59,612 nt of DNA from contig NIVC01000098.1 of NCBI GenBank assembly GCA_002269645.1, forward strand, positions 1-59,612. The letters run 5' to 3'. The translations under genes were made by a program, and so were the position numbers. The notes beneath the pieces were generated by a model. The model saw only the letters and a list, made by a program, of their open reading frames with translations. It was not told the DNA's origin and ran no database searches. Position 1 is the first letter of the stretch. Each line of letters begins with the position of its first letter. Below are positions 27,862 through 47,500 of this stretch, one piece after another. The DNA is from Macrostomum lignano (lineage: Eukaryota).

Positions 27862-28128
27862 CCATGGATGAAGGAATAACATGGATTGCTCATCTGAAAC
27901 TTGGACTTGGAGTCAAATCCTACGGGGTAATAGCTCCCGAAAAGGCGTTTAATCTATATAAACCATAGATAAACAGATTTTACCGCATATTATTGGTTTT
28001 TACCAAATAAAATCCAGGAGAACGCAAATAATGTCCGGAAAATCTTTATATCTGTTTTATTTTTCATCAGCCGAATTGACCATGGACGCATTTCAGATGA
28101 GCAATCCATGTTATCCCTTCATCCATGG
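27862..28128. repeat. 38-bp inverted repeat (1 mismatch) around a 191-bp spacer
   Basis: CCATGGATGAAGGAATAACATGGATTGCTCATCTGAAA at 27862-27899; reverse complement at 28091-28128. Confidence 0.85.
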
Positions 28129-29643
28129 TCTGAACAGTCTCGCTCATTGGGAACTCTTGCGAAGACCAAAAAACAGAATTAAAGCACTCCTGATTCTGAA
28201 AGCAGCTCTACAGCGGATTTTAATGAAAATAGCAGGTAAAATGATGTGCAATCCCACGACAGTTCGCATCCATTCATATATCCTTTGATTTGTTTGTTCC
28301 GCTTACCCGACAGTACCCGACTTGACTAACAGAAATAATTGACTAACTAAAAGTCTAATAACTTTTTTTCAACCAAACTGATCAATAGCTTAATCAACTG
28401 GGCTATCAAGTGCAGCCACATCTGTGTCTAAGCGACAGACTCCATACGTGCTCCGTGTTATATTTAAATCAACTTCCCTTCCAGCATCAGTCAGATTTAC
28501 GGTATGCATAGCAGTATGAGTGCGATGATTAAAATTGATTGAAACACCACCAGAAAATAAAGCAAAGAGCGGCACAGTTTACGCAAGCGGAGTAGGTGAA
28601 GCGGGTCGGTTGTACACTGTAGTTAGTCCGTTTCCAAACTTTTTTAAACTTTAAAGCAACAGTAGTCTTAATTCATAATAACTGGAGTAATGGCGAATAA
28701 GCACGCACTGCATAAACAGTGCGCCAAGTTCGCGAGCAGCATGTTTTTCGCCGCATAGCTAACGATAAAAAACCAGCTTAGTTCTGTTGACTTGCTTCGT
28801 TACCAAGGCAATGAAAATATCGTTGCTATGCGGCAAAGCGATGGGGACTGCAATTTCGAATGAACAATGTTGGAACAAAATAAATAAAATTGGACAGCCA
28901 GTTAAAACAAAAACATAAAAATTATTTAGATTATGTAGAACGATTACGTTTTTGATGCGATCAATGATAGTTTAAGCGTATCGGAAATAAGTTATCAGGA
29001 TTTCAGTGGGCTTGAAACACAATAGAAAAGGGAAAAATAACCACAACTTTTGACAGCGACTGCTACATGGTGAAATATTAATTATATAGTCAAATAGGAT
29101 TACATTGGAAAACAAACAGTTGATATTGTAATAAAAAACCAACACACACAATAGTTTTACAATTAATAATGGTTACCTTTAACATTGAATTACGGTATTA
29201 AGCGAGAACAGGAATACAATGTTTAAGTGTGCATCGCATAGTTAATTTGTTTTAATACGAGTCCCGAAAAGGGCCGTTTTGCAGTATTTATAGACCCCGT
29301 ATATTTTAACTTGCATTTCTTAAATATTAATTCTTTTAAAACTGTCCGGATAGAGATAAAGGAATTTGGACAGTATTAATTCAAAAAATTACAGAACTGC
29401 AGTCGGAAAAATAAAAGTTAAATCAAAATTAGGTCAGTTAAAAATATACAGAGTTCTCGTGTCAATTCCTTGCTTGTCTTGTCTGTCAGTCAGGTAAGTT
29501 AATAATAGACAGCCGTTATCCGAAGCTTGAGAAAACCTTGAAGCTTCACATTACAATACTCATTCCATAAAACTCGAGGATATTACAAAGTGGGTCCTCC
29601 TTGCTGACCAAATCGTCAATTTGTTTCGATCGAACAAACAAAA

Positions 29644-30096
29644 CTGACGAACGGTGATCAGGGGCAGCGAAGGCGAGGCAGGCAGGCAGGCAGGCGGGCG
29701 GGCAGTCAGCCAAGATGACTTTGCTGGCTGGTGTTGTTGCAGTTGCTCCGGCAGAGAGAGAGGCAGTAGGCAGCAGCGCAAATTAATGAGAGCGCGCCCT
29801 AATAACTATCAATATAATTTTAAGCCTGCTATCTACCTAACCTAGCCAATGCTGACCCCGCATACTCTTTTTAGCTACTAACAGTAGTTAGCCAACAAAC
29901 AATTCAAGCACAACATACAAACCTAACAATTCAAGCAAGGAAATGAATGCCAGAGAAGACTCCATAAGAATACATAACTGAATCCCAGAAGTATTTTAAT
30001 TATAATTGATAATAATAATAACTGATAGATAATAAAAATACGTCTAAACTTGATCCATCTAATCACTCCATAGCTCTATCGCGCGCTTCTCGTTAC
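29644..30096 (-). other. Predicted intron in the eRF1 3'UTR
   Basis: Donor AGG|GTAACG (GT at 30096-30095); long AG-free pyrimidine tract with CTGAC/CTGAT branch-like motifs ending in TCAG at 29644. No transcript evidence. Confidence 0.45.
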
Positions 30097-30228
30097 CCTT
30101 CATTTGCGGCCCCCCTCTCATCTCAGCGCCCGCTCGTGGCGGCGGCGGCGGCCGCGGTCACAAGCTGCTCTCCCCGGTGCCGCCGCCCGCCGCCCCCGGC
30201 CCCCAGCGGAGGACCCACTGGGCCGCGG

Positions 30229-36045
<5,817 letters not shown>

Positions 36046-36790
36046 TGGCACTCTTGAGATAATTTATAGATCTTTGTGTTCTTAATATACTACTAACTAT
36101 AAGCGGGCGGCCTGCCTAGACTGTGCCTTCAATATGTCTGAACTTCCTTGAGAAGCAAGCTGCAAAAATGGTGCTAATGAAAGACCTGAAAAATCGTTTC
36201 TTTAGAAATTTACTGGATGCGTTCAAAGCATGCAAGGAAAATTGCAACAAGTTATACTAAGAAAGGACGAATATGGAACAAGGTTGTTATTTAGTTTTGA
36301 GAGACCTCATATTGGCTAGCAATTACTCAAATTTTATAAAATAGGAACGAATCAAGTTGCTTTTAAATTCCTAAACAAGAATAACTTTATTTATTTAAAT
36401 ATTTAATCATGTCATGCCACTTTTCAATGTTTAGTTTAAAGTGGCTAAGCAAAAATTATAGTATGTATTTTTTTAGATTGCACTATTTATTTAGAAGATT
36501 TCAGTTTGGCTATGTTAAGTACAGGCATAATATAAGTTATTATATTATAATTTATGTGTAACTTCTTTTATTTCAACATAAAACAGACAAATAAATAAGC
36601 TTTTAATCTATAATAGAGAATTTAGACAAAAAATTCAAAATTAAATTTAAGATTGATGGCAGTAACTTTTTAAATACCTTTAAAGCTTTTAATTCTAAAT
36701 TATAGAAGTTTTTACACTTTTTATTTTAAAAGACTTTCATCCAGTTCTAGAAAGCTGGCATTATTAAAGTAAACATTTTTATAGTATAAG

Positions 36791-37498
36791 TTGTGACGGA
36801 TCAAAATACTTTTTTATTGAAATCGAAATTGAAATTTTAGGTTCTTTAGAATTGAAATTAAAATCAAAATTTTTCAAGTTAAACAAACTAGAATTTTTGC
36901 TAATTATGCAAAAAAGATTAACAACTTGCATCTGTATTGTACAAGCTTACATGTTTTTCTATAAAATATCTTTGGTGTTTAAACCTAAATACTTGAAATT
37001 ACTTACCTAAAAAACGTACGAAATAGAAAAAGCTGGTGTATGCTTGTATTATACATTATACTTAGAATATAAAGTGTATTATTATTCACCACTGTTTAAA
37101 CTAGAGATCTATATGTAGATATATCAATTTCATTAAGGCATTAAAAGTATTTAACCAATTAAATTCTACAGCTGATATATTCAGCCAGTGGGCTTCCATG
37201 GAGGTTGAGTTGGGTGCAGCACAAGACCTGGAGCAATGTGCATGCCCCGTGCAATCTTTTCTTGCAGAAGAGGCAATTCTTGCCTCCCTACTGAGTCTTT
37301 GAACTGCACTTCCTTTCATTTCCTAGATTTTCTTACTTGTATAACATGGTCATGAATGTGTAATTGTTAAAACATAACCAACAGTTCAAAATGATTTTGA
37401 TGAATAGTTTCAAAATTTGAAATTGAAATCAAAATTATTTTGATGCAAAATTAGGTTCAAAATTTGGAATATTGAAATCGAATTTTAATCTATCACTA
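36791..37498. mobile_element. Non-autonomous hAT-like DNA transposon (708 bp)
   Basis: TIR T(T/A)GTGACGGATCAAAAT vs TAGTGATAGATTAAAAT; perfect 8-bp TSD AGTATAAG (36783-36790, 37499-37506); subterminal TTGAAAT repeats. Confidence 0.75.
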
Positions 37499-39647
37499 AG
37501 TATAAGTTAATAGATATACACATAATTGACAAGGCTCAATAAGTGATTTGAGACAATATTGTCTGATTTAAAATGCATAGAAAAACCTACTCACAATTAA
37601 TATTTAGCATGCTATAGTCTTTTTAAATGTGAAATATATATTTTTGCATAGAAGTTTTTGCAAACTACTAATCAATAAATCTAGCATTAGCATATAGTCT
37701 TTAATGAAAATAGTACTTTTTCTGGCTTAGGGAGATTATTTGGTTGACTTGTCAAATCAATTATTAAATGAAAATAAATTTTAACTTTGGGCTTAAAAAT
37801 AAAAAATTAACAATTAGTTTTTATAATTTTTAATTAAATATATCAATAGTAAGCCTTCTAAAATATTTTTAGAAAAAATTTTTTTATCGAAAATTAAATC
37901 TACATAATAACTAAATAAATACATATATTTAACCAATAGTTAGTTGCAGGAATATATCTGTGGTGCTTAACTTGTATCTATTAAGTTGATTGCCTTTTTT
38001 CTTTTCTCTACTCTTTTTTTCTCTTTTCTTTTTTCTTTTCTTTCCTTTTTCTTCTTTTTTTCTTTTAGCTTTCATTGGTGGCAAAGGCTAAGGGCTTTCT
38101 TATTGCCATTATTTATCTTAGAACACCATACTATCCCAACTACAACATATGGGGCATATAAATCTATTTAGTCCTTGACAAAGAAGAACTTAAGAGCTTC
38201 TTTTGTATTAAGTAAAAATACTTATCCTAATTTAATCAAGCCCCAATACCATCCCAAGCATAATGTGTGTATGGCACCAAAAATCTATTGCACAAGTCCT
38301 TTATCCCAAGGACATAAAAGCTTCATTTTCTAATTCTATTATTCTACCCATATTTATCATATCATCAATGGCTCTAATGATCTTTCAAGTCTTTAGTCTT
38401 CCAAAGTTTTCTATTTGTATAAAGCAAGCTTGAAAACTCAGGCTAACTAAAATACTAGGATTTTGAAAATATAGTTCTAGGCTTATTACCTAAATGTTAA
38501 TTTTACTGCTTTGTTACTTTTAATATTATTTATTGTATCTATAAGGTAAAGCTGCTTTTTATTTGCTACTTTAGCTCTATTTGTTTTTTATTTGCAACCT
38601 TTGAGATGGAGTTTGAGGTGGGTGTCACAAAAGCAATTTGTCACTAAAATGACTATTTGCCACTAAAACATTGGTCACTAAAACAACAAGTTGCCAAAAG
38701 CTAAAACATATCTCATACCTCATCTATACCTCAATATTAGAGGTCAAACAAGCACAGATTTTTGGTTGAGCTGAGTATTAAGTCAAGACAGTGCTTATAT
38801 TGAGGAGTTAAGAAATGTCAAGCAAGTAATTTGCTTTTTTATGCAGCATTTTCTATAGTCACATTGTTATAGTGTCATTTTATACAAAGATTTATATAAA
38901 TATAGTGTAACATAACAATTGTCAATAAGAATAATTATTACAATTGCTAAAAAAGGAAAATACCATGCTGAAATTTCATTGCTATATAGATATTTTCTAC
39001 ATTGAAGGGTATATATATATATATATATATTTTAATATGTATTTTTACTTTTATTGGCCTATTATTAAGTGGAAATTTTGGAAAGCTATTAATGTTCTGC
39101 TATGAGAGAGGTCTATGTGCTATAGCCATAGCCATAAGCAAAACTATAGTAGCTTATTCTAATTTTCTATATTCTGTAGCCATAGGTACCCCAATATTAT
39201 ATTACTATAGTTCCCATAGCTATAGTTTTAACAAGTCTTGAAAACAAAATATTTTGAATCAAGAAGATAACAGGGTGCTTAAACAACTAAAAACTGAGGT
39301 AGAAAATAAAACAAACACTTAATTGCCTTTGAAAGACTATATTTTATCCTTTTTTACAAAGAGTAACAATACTTAATCATTATTAAAAGTATCTAATGCT
39401 AGACTTTTTCATATTGATAAAAGTTAGAGTTTGCTAGCATTTCATTGTACTTTATTAGGTATAATCTATAAGTTTCTAAGTCTATAATATAGTTTACCAA
39501 AATATGTTTTATTCCAGGCCCCTACTTGTTTCTATATTTTTTAAATTAATAACTATGGCTATGGAAATCTATGGAATGCAATAACAATTATCATATTTCC
39601 ATAGTTATAGCCATAAGAGCAGCTATCTAACATAGGCATATCCATAG

Positions 39648-40421
39648 GGTAATTGGTCATTTTGCCCATAAACCATTTTGGCCATAGATATTTATCCCTA
39701 TACCATTTTGCCCATAGACCATTTTGATCATAGACTATTTTGTCCATAAATCATTTTGGCAATAGACTAATTTAAAACTTTATAGTTTTAAACTTTATGC
39801 TTTGATTTTCAATTTCAATTTTGGTGACAAATCTTATTCTTTTAGTTTTTCTGGCTTTACCTTGCTATAACTGAAACCTTTTCTCATCCTCAACTGTTCG
39901 AATTGGCTTTAATTGTCACACTTTTGAAGGGAAATTTTTTTTTAAAACTTGTAATAATTCACAATCATAATAAACAAAATTGCAAAAACAATTGTTGTTG
40001 CAAAAATTTAGGTCATAGTTTTTTACATATCTTATATACTATCTAAATATACTAAATCTTTATTATTTATTTATATGCTTGAATGTCCATAATGCTCTAG
40101 TCCTATATACTAAAAATGAAAATCTTGCTTGCTTGCATGCTTATATGAAATTGATTATCTCCTAAAAGGCTTGACCGATTTTCTTGGAACTTGCACTATT
40201 AGTCTATTTGTTTAATCAGAAATTTTTCCATGACAGTATATGCATTGAAAAAAAGAAAAGAAAGATGCATATATGGCAGTATCTCTAAATTACATAATCA
40301 TCATTTTGGCTGAAATGCCTATAGCTAAACTGGGTTATAGGCAAAACAGACTATGGGCGAAATGGTCTGGGGGCAAAATGTCCATGGCTAAGACAGTTTA
40401 GGGGCAAAACAACCAGAATTC
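39648..40421. mobile_element. Non-autonomous DNA transposon with inverted subterminal repeat arrays
   Basis: Ends share TGGT(C/T)(A/G)TTTTGCCC; arrays of CATTTTGCCCATA-like units in opposite orientation; 8-bp direct repeat ATCCATAG (39640-39647, 40422-40429). Confidence 0.6.
40133..40290 (+). mobile_element. Short dispersed repeat, DINE-1/Helentron-associated-like; inverted homolog at ~42070-42190
   Basis: Shared ACCGATTTTCTT..AACTTGCACT...TTTAATCAGAAATTTTT..ATGAC.GTA.ATGCAT; family resemblance from memory. Confidence 0.45.
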
Positions 40422-40914
40422 ATCCATAGTTGTCATAGGCACTAATTTTACTATATTTGGTATAAGATCTTATAGCCATAGCCATAGCTATGGCAGAATA
40501 TTAGCTAGAAGCTATTAGGGGCCCTTAGCAATCTAGTGCAGCCCTCCTTTGGGGTGCCCAATAAGAAAAGAGCAAAAATAGTTAATGGAAAACAATTAAT
40601 AAAGCACATTTTAAAGAACTAATTCTTTCTTCACTTTTAAAAATCACCTTATTTGTGTAAAATTGTCACAGACAAAGATGTTTGCTATGAATCACTTCTT
40701 CTCTAAAATTAACAAACAGACAACAAAATATAGCTTCCCCTAATTAGAAAATATTCTCAAGACAGCAAGCATCCCCCCAGATAGCAAGCACCCCCCCTCC
40801 AAAAGTAAGTAACTGTAGATAGCAAGCATCCCCTAATGCTCATAGCAAGCATCACCCTAGATAGCAAACATCCACCTAGATAGCAAGCATCATCCCAGAT
40901 AGCAAGCATATCAA

Positions 40915-41510
40915 GTGTAATAATATTTAGTATACCAAGTGCAGTAATTCTTGGCTTATCAAGTGCAATAATACTTGTTTTATCAAGTGCAGTAATCCTT
41001 GGTTTATCATCACAGTAATCCTTGGCTTATCAAGTGCAATAATATTTAGTATACCAAGTGCAGTAATTCTTGGCTTATCAAGTGCAATAATACTTGTTTT
41101 ATCAAGTGCAGTAATCCTTGGTTTATCATCACAGTAATCCTTGGCTTATCAAGTGCAATAATATTTAGTATACCAAGTGCAGTAATTCTTGGCTTATCAA
41201 GTGCAATAATACTTGTTATATCAAGTGCAGTAATCCTTGGTTTATCATCACAGTAATCCTTGGCTTATCAAGTGCAATAATATTTAGTATATCAAGTGCA
41301 ATAATCCTTGGCTTATCCAGTGCAATAATCCTTGGTTTATCAAGTGCAGTAACCCTTGGTTTATCAAGTGTAGTAATCCTTGGTTTATCAAGCGCAAAAA
41401 TCTTTGATTAATCAAGTGCAATAATCATTGGCCTATCAAGTGCAATAATCCTTGGTTTATCAAGTGCAATAATCCTTGGTTTAAATGCAATAATCTTTGG
41501 TTTAGCAAGC
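40915..41510. repeat. 24-nt minisatellite with 119-nt higher-order repeat
   Basis: Monomer TATCAAGTGCAGTAATCCTTGGTT; variant AATATTTAG recurs at 40922, 41041, 41160 and 41279. Confidence 0.85.
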
Positions 41511-44500
41511 GCCATAATCCAGGCCTTTTTAATTAGTCCTTTAAAAAAAGCTATCAATAAAAAAATTATGCTACTTTTATTTTTTAATACACTACTAAGA
41601 TTCAAACCCAGGTTTCTGTATTAGTAGTCTAGTGTGTTCACATCTAGGCTAGCTCTCATTGAATTTATAAATGAATTTGTAGCATTTATAAGGCAACACT
41701 CATACCAAGTCAATTTTGTAAAAGTCACACGAAGCAGTTATGACATAATCATTTTCTCAGCCAGTCAATATCAGTCTCAGTTAAAGTTGACAATATGGTT
41801 ACACAATATAAATCATGCTACGCTTTGCTATGCTTCCACACTGTGTTTTCAATACTGTGACAATTCAAATCAGTGTCAAAATTCAGCCAGTACATAGACT
41901 AAATAAATAAAAAGCCTAGTGTGATGCAATCTATTTCAGAACCAGAATTCAACTAGTCAGTTTTTTCTTTAGCAGTCTTACAATGAATTTCAAGTCAAAA
42001 GAGCTGCTTGAACTTTGCAAAAAAGCATGTTTTTTGAATATTTAATCCCTTTAGCATTGAGCAATTTCTTAGCCACGATGCATGTACCGTCATAGAAAAA
42101 ATTTCTGATTAAACAGTGCAAGTTTAAAGAAAATCGGTTCAGATGTTTTTGCTAAAATTGATTGCATACCTACATACTGACAGACCATTTTTAGTATATG
42201 GATGTATCTAGAATATCCCTAAGCATGGAGCCAAGGATATAGCAGCTATATTTTTAATCCAAAATTATATATAGTGGCAATGTCCCTAAACTAAACTAAA
42301 ATTAACTTGATGTATCAATTGTTGTTATATAATGGCTTTAATGCTATATTCCTTCCCTAAGTTTTGCATTATTTTATATTCATTTTTTGGATCTGGCCTG
42401 TCTTTAGAAGATATAGCATTTACCAAAGTTATTTGGCATAGAGTGTTGTTATAATTAGAGGATAAAATAGAGAAGTGGTTTTTAGGAGGTTTTAAATACG
42501 AAAATGTGTAAGGCCAGTAAGGGAAGAGATAATTAGTTTGTTAGGCCTATAAGTTACATGTGCATATAGGGTAGGCCTATGTTAAGATAGTTAAGTTTTA
42601 CTCGAGTTTGTAAGTAAAGTTTTTAAGAAAAGGTCCTTTATTGTTGTAACTGCAAAAAGGTGCCTTATGGTTGTAACTGCGATCGGTGACGGTATCAGTG
42701 TGCATAGGCCAACTTGGCGTCGGCGTGCATTGGTTCTAAGCATTCTGGCGTGCACGCAGCATGATCTGGACTATGGGGATTTGGAATAGCCCAAATTAAC
42801 TTACTGAATAAGACTTAAGGAAATGAATTAAAGAATGACTGTGATAATTAACAATACTTATTATTACTTATTCTTAATAATATTCTGATCTCGACCTAAG
42901 CTAAGGCCCAAGGGCACAAATCTTGGTCTGGAAATTGTATCGACTAATTTCGAACTTCTAATATTCTGCTTTACAAAAATGTATAACTATTCCGATTCAA
43001 TATCAATAGGATTCACATACGATAGCAACTAACTTACAATGCTTGACCACTACCGCTCGACTAGGCGGGTTAGGCCTAATTATGGACTCGGACGCGGGGG
43101 CAAAGTCAAAACGAGGGCATCGCGAGTTTACACCATTCAAACTTTGTAATACCAAATTGTATCTGTTTTCTAATGAGTATGGCCGGTTAAATCTTGCATT
43201 AAACTGTGAATTATAAATAATTTTACTATAATCTAAGTAAAATTAGTCTTTTTCGCTCCTCTGAAAGACAAAATATGTCCTTTTCAGCGATAATTTTTTT
43301 TGGCGGAAATTCAACCACGTTGAACACGTGTGAAAAAAAATTCTATATAATTTACAAATAAGGGCTAAAAATGTAGGAATTAATATAGATGGTGAAAGTT
43401 TTGAGTTAATTTGCATTAAATGCATGCATGAGTAATGCTTTATTTGGATAAACCTTACTGTAGTTCGAATATTCTTCGTTTTGGTAGTAAACATTGATTA
43501 TGACATCCCACCTATATGCTCATATGAGAATATGTTAAAAACTAATCTAAATTGATGTATCCAATTGGATTATTCACTTTTACATTTTAGAAAATAATTT
43601 AGCATAAAATCGATGCTTTTTATTGAAAAAGCCTAATATATTACTTATTGTATAACATTCTATAACAATATAAAAATACTTTTTAATAGTTAGAGAGCAC
43701 AAAGTGATTTTCTCCAGTAGTCTGTTGCATCAAAATGAATAATTGCCAGCTTTTAGAATTGAAATATGTTATTACACACCTATCAAGCTTGAAGCATTTT
43801 TTTTCTTTACTAAATGGTACTCTTTGTTGGCTCTTAAATGCCATAAATGTTAGTTTTTGTCATGATTTTTTTCTCCGGAAGCCCACTGTGTGGAGCATGT
43901 ACAATGAAAAGCTTAGATATTTCATCAAGGCACTGCAAAGAACCCTATAAAGAAGCATTTTTTTGGCTTTGCAGCAGGGACAACCTAATATAATTTTATT
44001 GCCATTTAATGTATAATTTGTAATGAATTAGGCTTTAGTTATTTTTAATGATAGTTATTATGCTTATTTCATACTGAATAAGTTGAGGTAAATTTTGTAA
44101 AAATTACTTTGAACATCTTTTTATTGACCATCACTTAAATTTTTTTATGACTAGCAATTCTAGTCTAAGATCACCAGATTAATCAGATTTCACTTACTAA
44201 CACCAAATAATCAGGTCTGATTGACTTTAAATTTACTTTAAATTCATTGGTCTGCTTAACTGACATCAGATTTACCTAGGATCAATAATTTTGGGGCATC
44301 ATGAAGGTTATAGCATTGTAACAGACTATGTAATCATGCTTAAATAACTTGGAACTCATAATTTAATATCTTGAAATCTGCATGGTGCTAGAATCCTATT
44401 GGAATAGAAAGAAGACAGCAAAAAATACAGACAAAGCGTTCACTCATTATCTCTCTAATAATAAAATGTTCATCTCCACAGATGTACCTTTCAGCTGTTC

Positions 44501-47500
44501 GGAAACGGAATGAAAATAAAAATCGCTACAAATCGCTACACGCAGCAACAACTTGTGTCGACATAATTGACAACCATTGTAGAGAACCCCACCTCTTATG
44601 TTCGGCGGGTAGTCGATCAGAATCCAGTCTGGCGCATCGCTGCAAGTTGGACTCTGTCACTCAGCTTTGTTCGACACAAGCAGATTTTGAGCACAGTCTG
44701 GCAGTATGCTGCACTTCAGTTTCAGCAGGGCCAGTCTGAGCTGCTCGAGCAGAGTTTGAGAACACTGGCAGTATGTGCTGCCTTATTTTCACTTTGACGT
44801 TGCAATTTGGCCTCTTTTGTATTGACTTTTCTGCATTCGCTCTGGCATGAGAGTACGAGCCCTCTTCAGCGTGGTAGCGTTGTAACGTTCTAGCTTTGAA
44901 AGCTAGGATGCTTTTATTTTGACTATAGCATACTCCTTATATAATTAATAAGTGCTTTTTAAGCTCAACCAGCTATGTACCTGTGATGTGTGGCTGCCAG
45001 CAGCCACGTATTAGTTTATGGGTATATGCTTGGCTTACAGACCCACAATTGATAGACTGCAGGAACAAGCGCGAAACGATTGATGAGCTCTTGCTTAATT
45101 TCAACAAATATACGAGTAAACGAGCCTACGATTTAAAACACGACTTCCCAAACACATTGATCTGATAATAAAAAGTTTTATTAATAAAGCAGCATCAGCT
45201 CAAATATTTTAATCTATGGCCATGGACGTATAGAGCAGTCTGCACAGACCAGAACAGAAAATCAATATGGCTACCTCAAGAAGGGTAAAAAAGATATCTG
45301 GGTGGGGGGGGCATGGTTTTGCTCCTATCCAAACAGTTTCAATACAAATGTGAATCTCACAGAGCTCTAAATGAAGCTCTTAATGCCTCTTGATTTAGTG
45401 AAAAAGATGAACAGGCAACAGAAATAGGTTTTAGAATTTTTAGGCACAAGTAATAAATTCCTGAAGCAGAAGTTTTATTAACTTAAATGCAAAACAAGAT
45501 TTTTGGTATAGCCACTAGGCCCATACAATAAAACACACTATAAAACATAAGGTTCTAAAAAGGTGTGTCTTGTGGTCTGAGAGAAAATGTAGGCCACATA
45601 GCCACCAGAATCTTGGGTGCCAGAATCCAAAAGTAGCAGCGCAGCACCTGAACCAGTTGTGGGCAGAAGTGGCCTGCTAGGTGCAGGAGTCGCCAACATT
45701 GCAACAGGTTGCTCAGACAGATCAGGTTGGTTCATGGAGAAAGCACTAGACTCACTCAACCAAATGTAAACGTAACATACAGCAAGTCCACCAGTTTCAT
45801 TGTTTAAGTAAGGCCTCAGGTTTAGAGCTCAGAATGAAAGGCATATCATAAAATGCAGCTGAGAAGATCTCCCAAAGAAGTTCTGGCATGGCTGAAATTA
45901 AAGTGAAAAACATTTAACATATTTTACTTACATTTAAGTCTAAAAAAACTTCTACTAAAGCAAGTTAAGAATTTATTGGTATATTAAATATACAATAGTA
46001 TAAAAGGAAACACTCCTGCTAGGCATTTAAAGCCAGTTTGTAAACAATAAAATATATAATAAAATAATGCTATATTCTAATTTTTTAAAAAGCAAATATA
46101 TCAGGTTTTGCATTTTTAACTTTTAACATGTTCTTAGTTCTTAAAGCTCATAATGTGAGCTTTAAATGAAATAAATGTAACAAATAATGCAAATGAAAAC
46201 ATATTGCAATTATACATTTTAAAGAATAGTGCAAGTCACATTTTATATAGCTTTTTACATCGCAAATTATATGAAACTAGAAAGTTTAAGTTTAAAAAAG
46301 TTATTACCATTTTTACTTGCTACTTGTTAATTATTTAGCAATTTAAATTATATATATACTTAAAAGTGCATAGTGATGGCTATAATAAACAGTATCATTA
46401 TCAGTAATCATAAGGTAGATTATCACTTAGCTAAGGCCCAATGGCTTTTGTAAAAAAACATATATCAGTTTCGAAGTAATTCTAAGCTGTAAAGCTGTAC
46501 AAAATTTTATATTTACATTATATTTTTTATTACTACGTCATTAGCAAAAAATCAAATAGGCCTAAGACACGGACTGTTAAATATAAATAGCAATCTGAAC
46601 TAGACTACAAATTATGCCCCAGAACAAAAATATAGTTAAACAAGAGCGAGGGTGGATAAAGCTATTTTATAAAAAAACTTGATAGATCATAGACACCTTT
46701 ATTTGTCATTCTATTCAGTAAAATTATTTAAACCTCAGTCTCATGAGTCATTTGCCTATTCATAAGCCGTGGCTTATAAAATAAAGCATATATCTAGAAT
46801 CCTCGATCGATTATTGTTCATAAATTAGATAAGCAGAAAATTGATGCTAGACGTTTGCAATGCTTGAAATACAGAAGTCAGTAATCAATATCTAAATCTC
46901 ATATTTAATTCAATCCAAAAAAGTTTGCTGATATTTCACATCCGTAAGAAGAACCAGGCCAAACATCAATAATAAAGTACTTATTAACATGAAACTGATA
47001 ACTAAATTAACGAGAGTATTTCAGAACACAAACAGGCGCGACGTAAACAAAGTAAGCAGTTTAACAAAATCCAGCTTAATATTTATTTAAAAAATATCTA
47101 TTGCAATATTTACCTATTTTTTTCAGATAAAAACTACTTTCACGGGTTTGTATAAAACATTTTTTTAGAATACTATATTTAGTTTCTGACATTTTTAGTA
47201 TATAGGATTCTGCGTCCGTACAGCTCCGTAAAAGTGAAGATTAACAAATGGGTAGGAAATTTATTAAGAGGTGTATTTTGTGCTTTAAAAATGTTTTTTT
47301 GAGACCACTTAATGGAAATATAAAAAATTGTATAAAAAATTACCAATTGAAACAACAAATTTTTTTCTACATTTTCTGACTCCTCAGTTTTGACTTTAAC
47401 CGCGCGGCAACTTGGGGACACGCTTTTTTAAAATTGTTGTGACTGTAACAGGGTATAACAAAGTTAACAAAAACACTTTTTTTGGTCTCTTTAAGATCAA

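Noticed and set aside
44482-44797. Overlapping + strand ORFs in a GC-richer patch
   Set aside because: No recognisable motif or convincing splice context; cannot be supported as coding.
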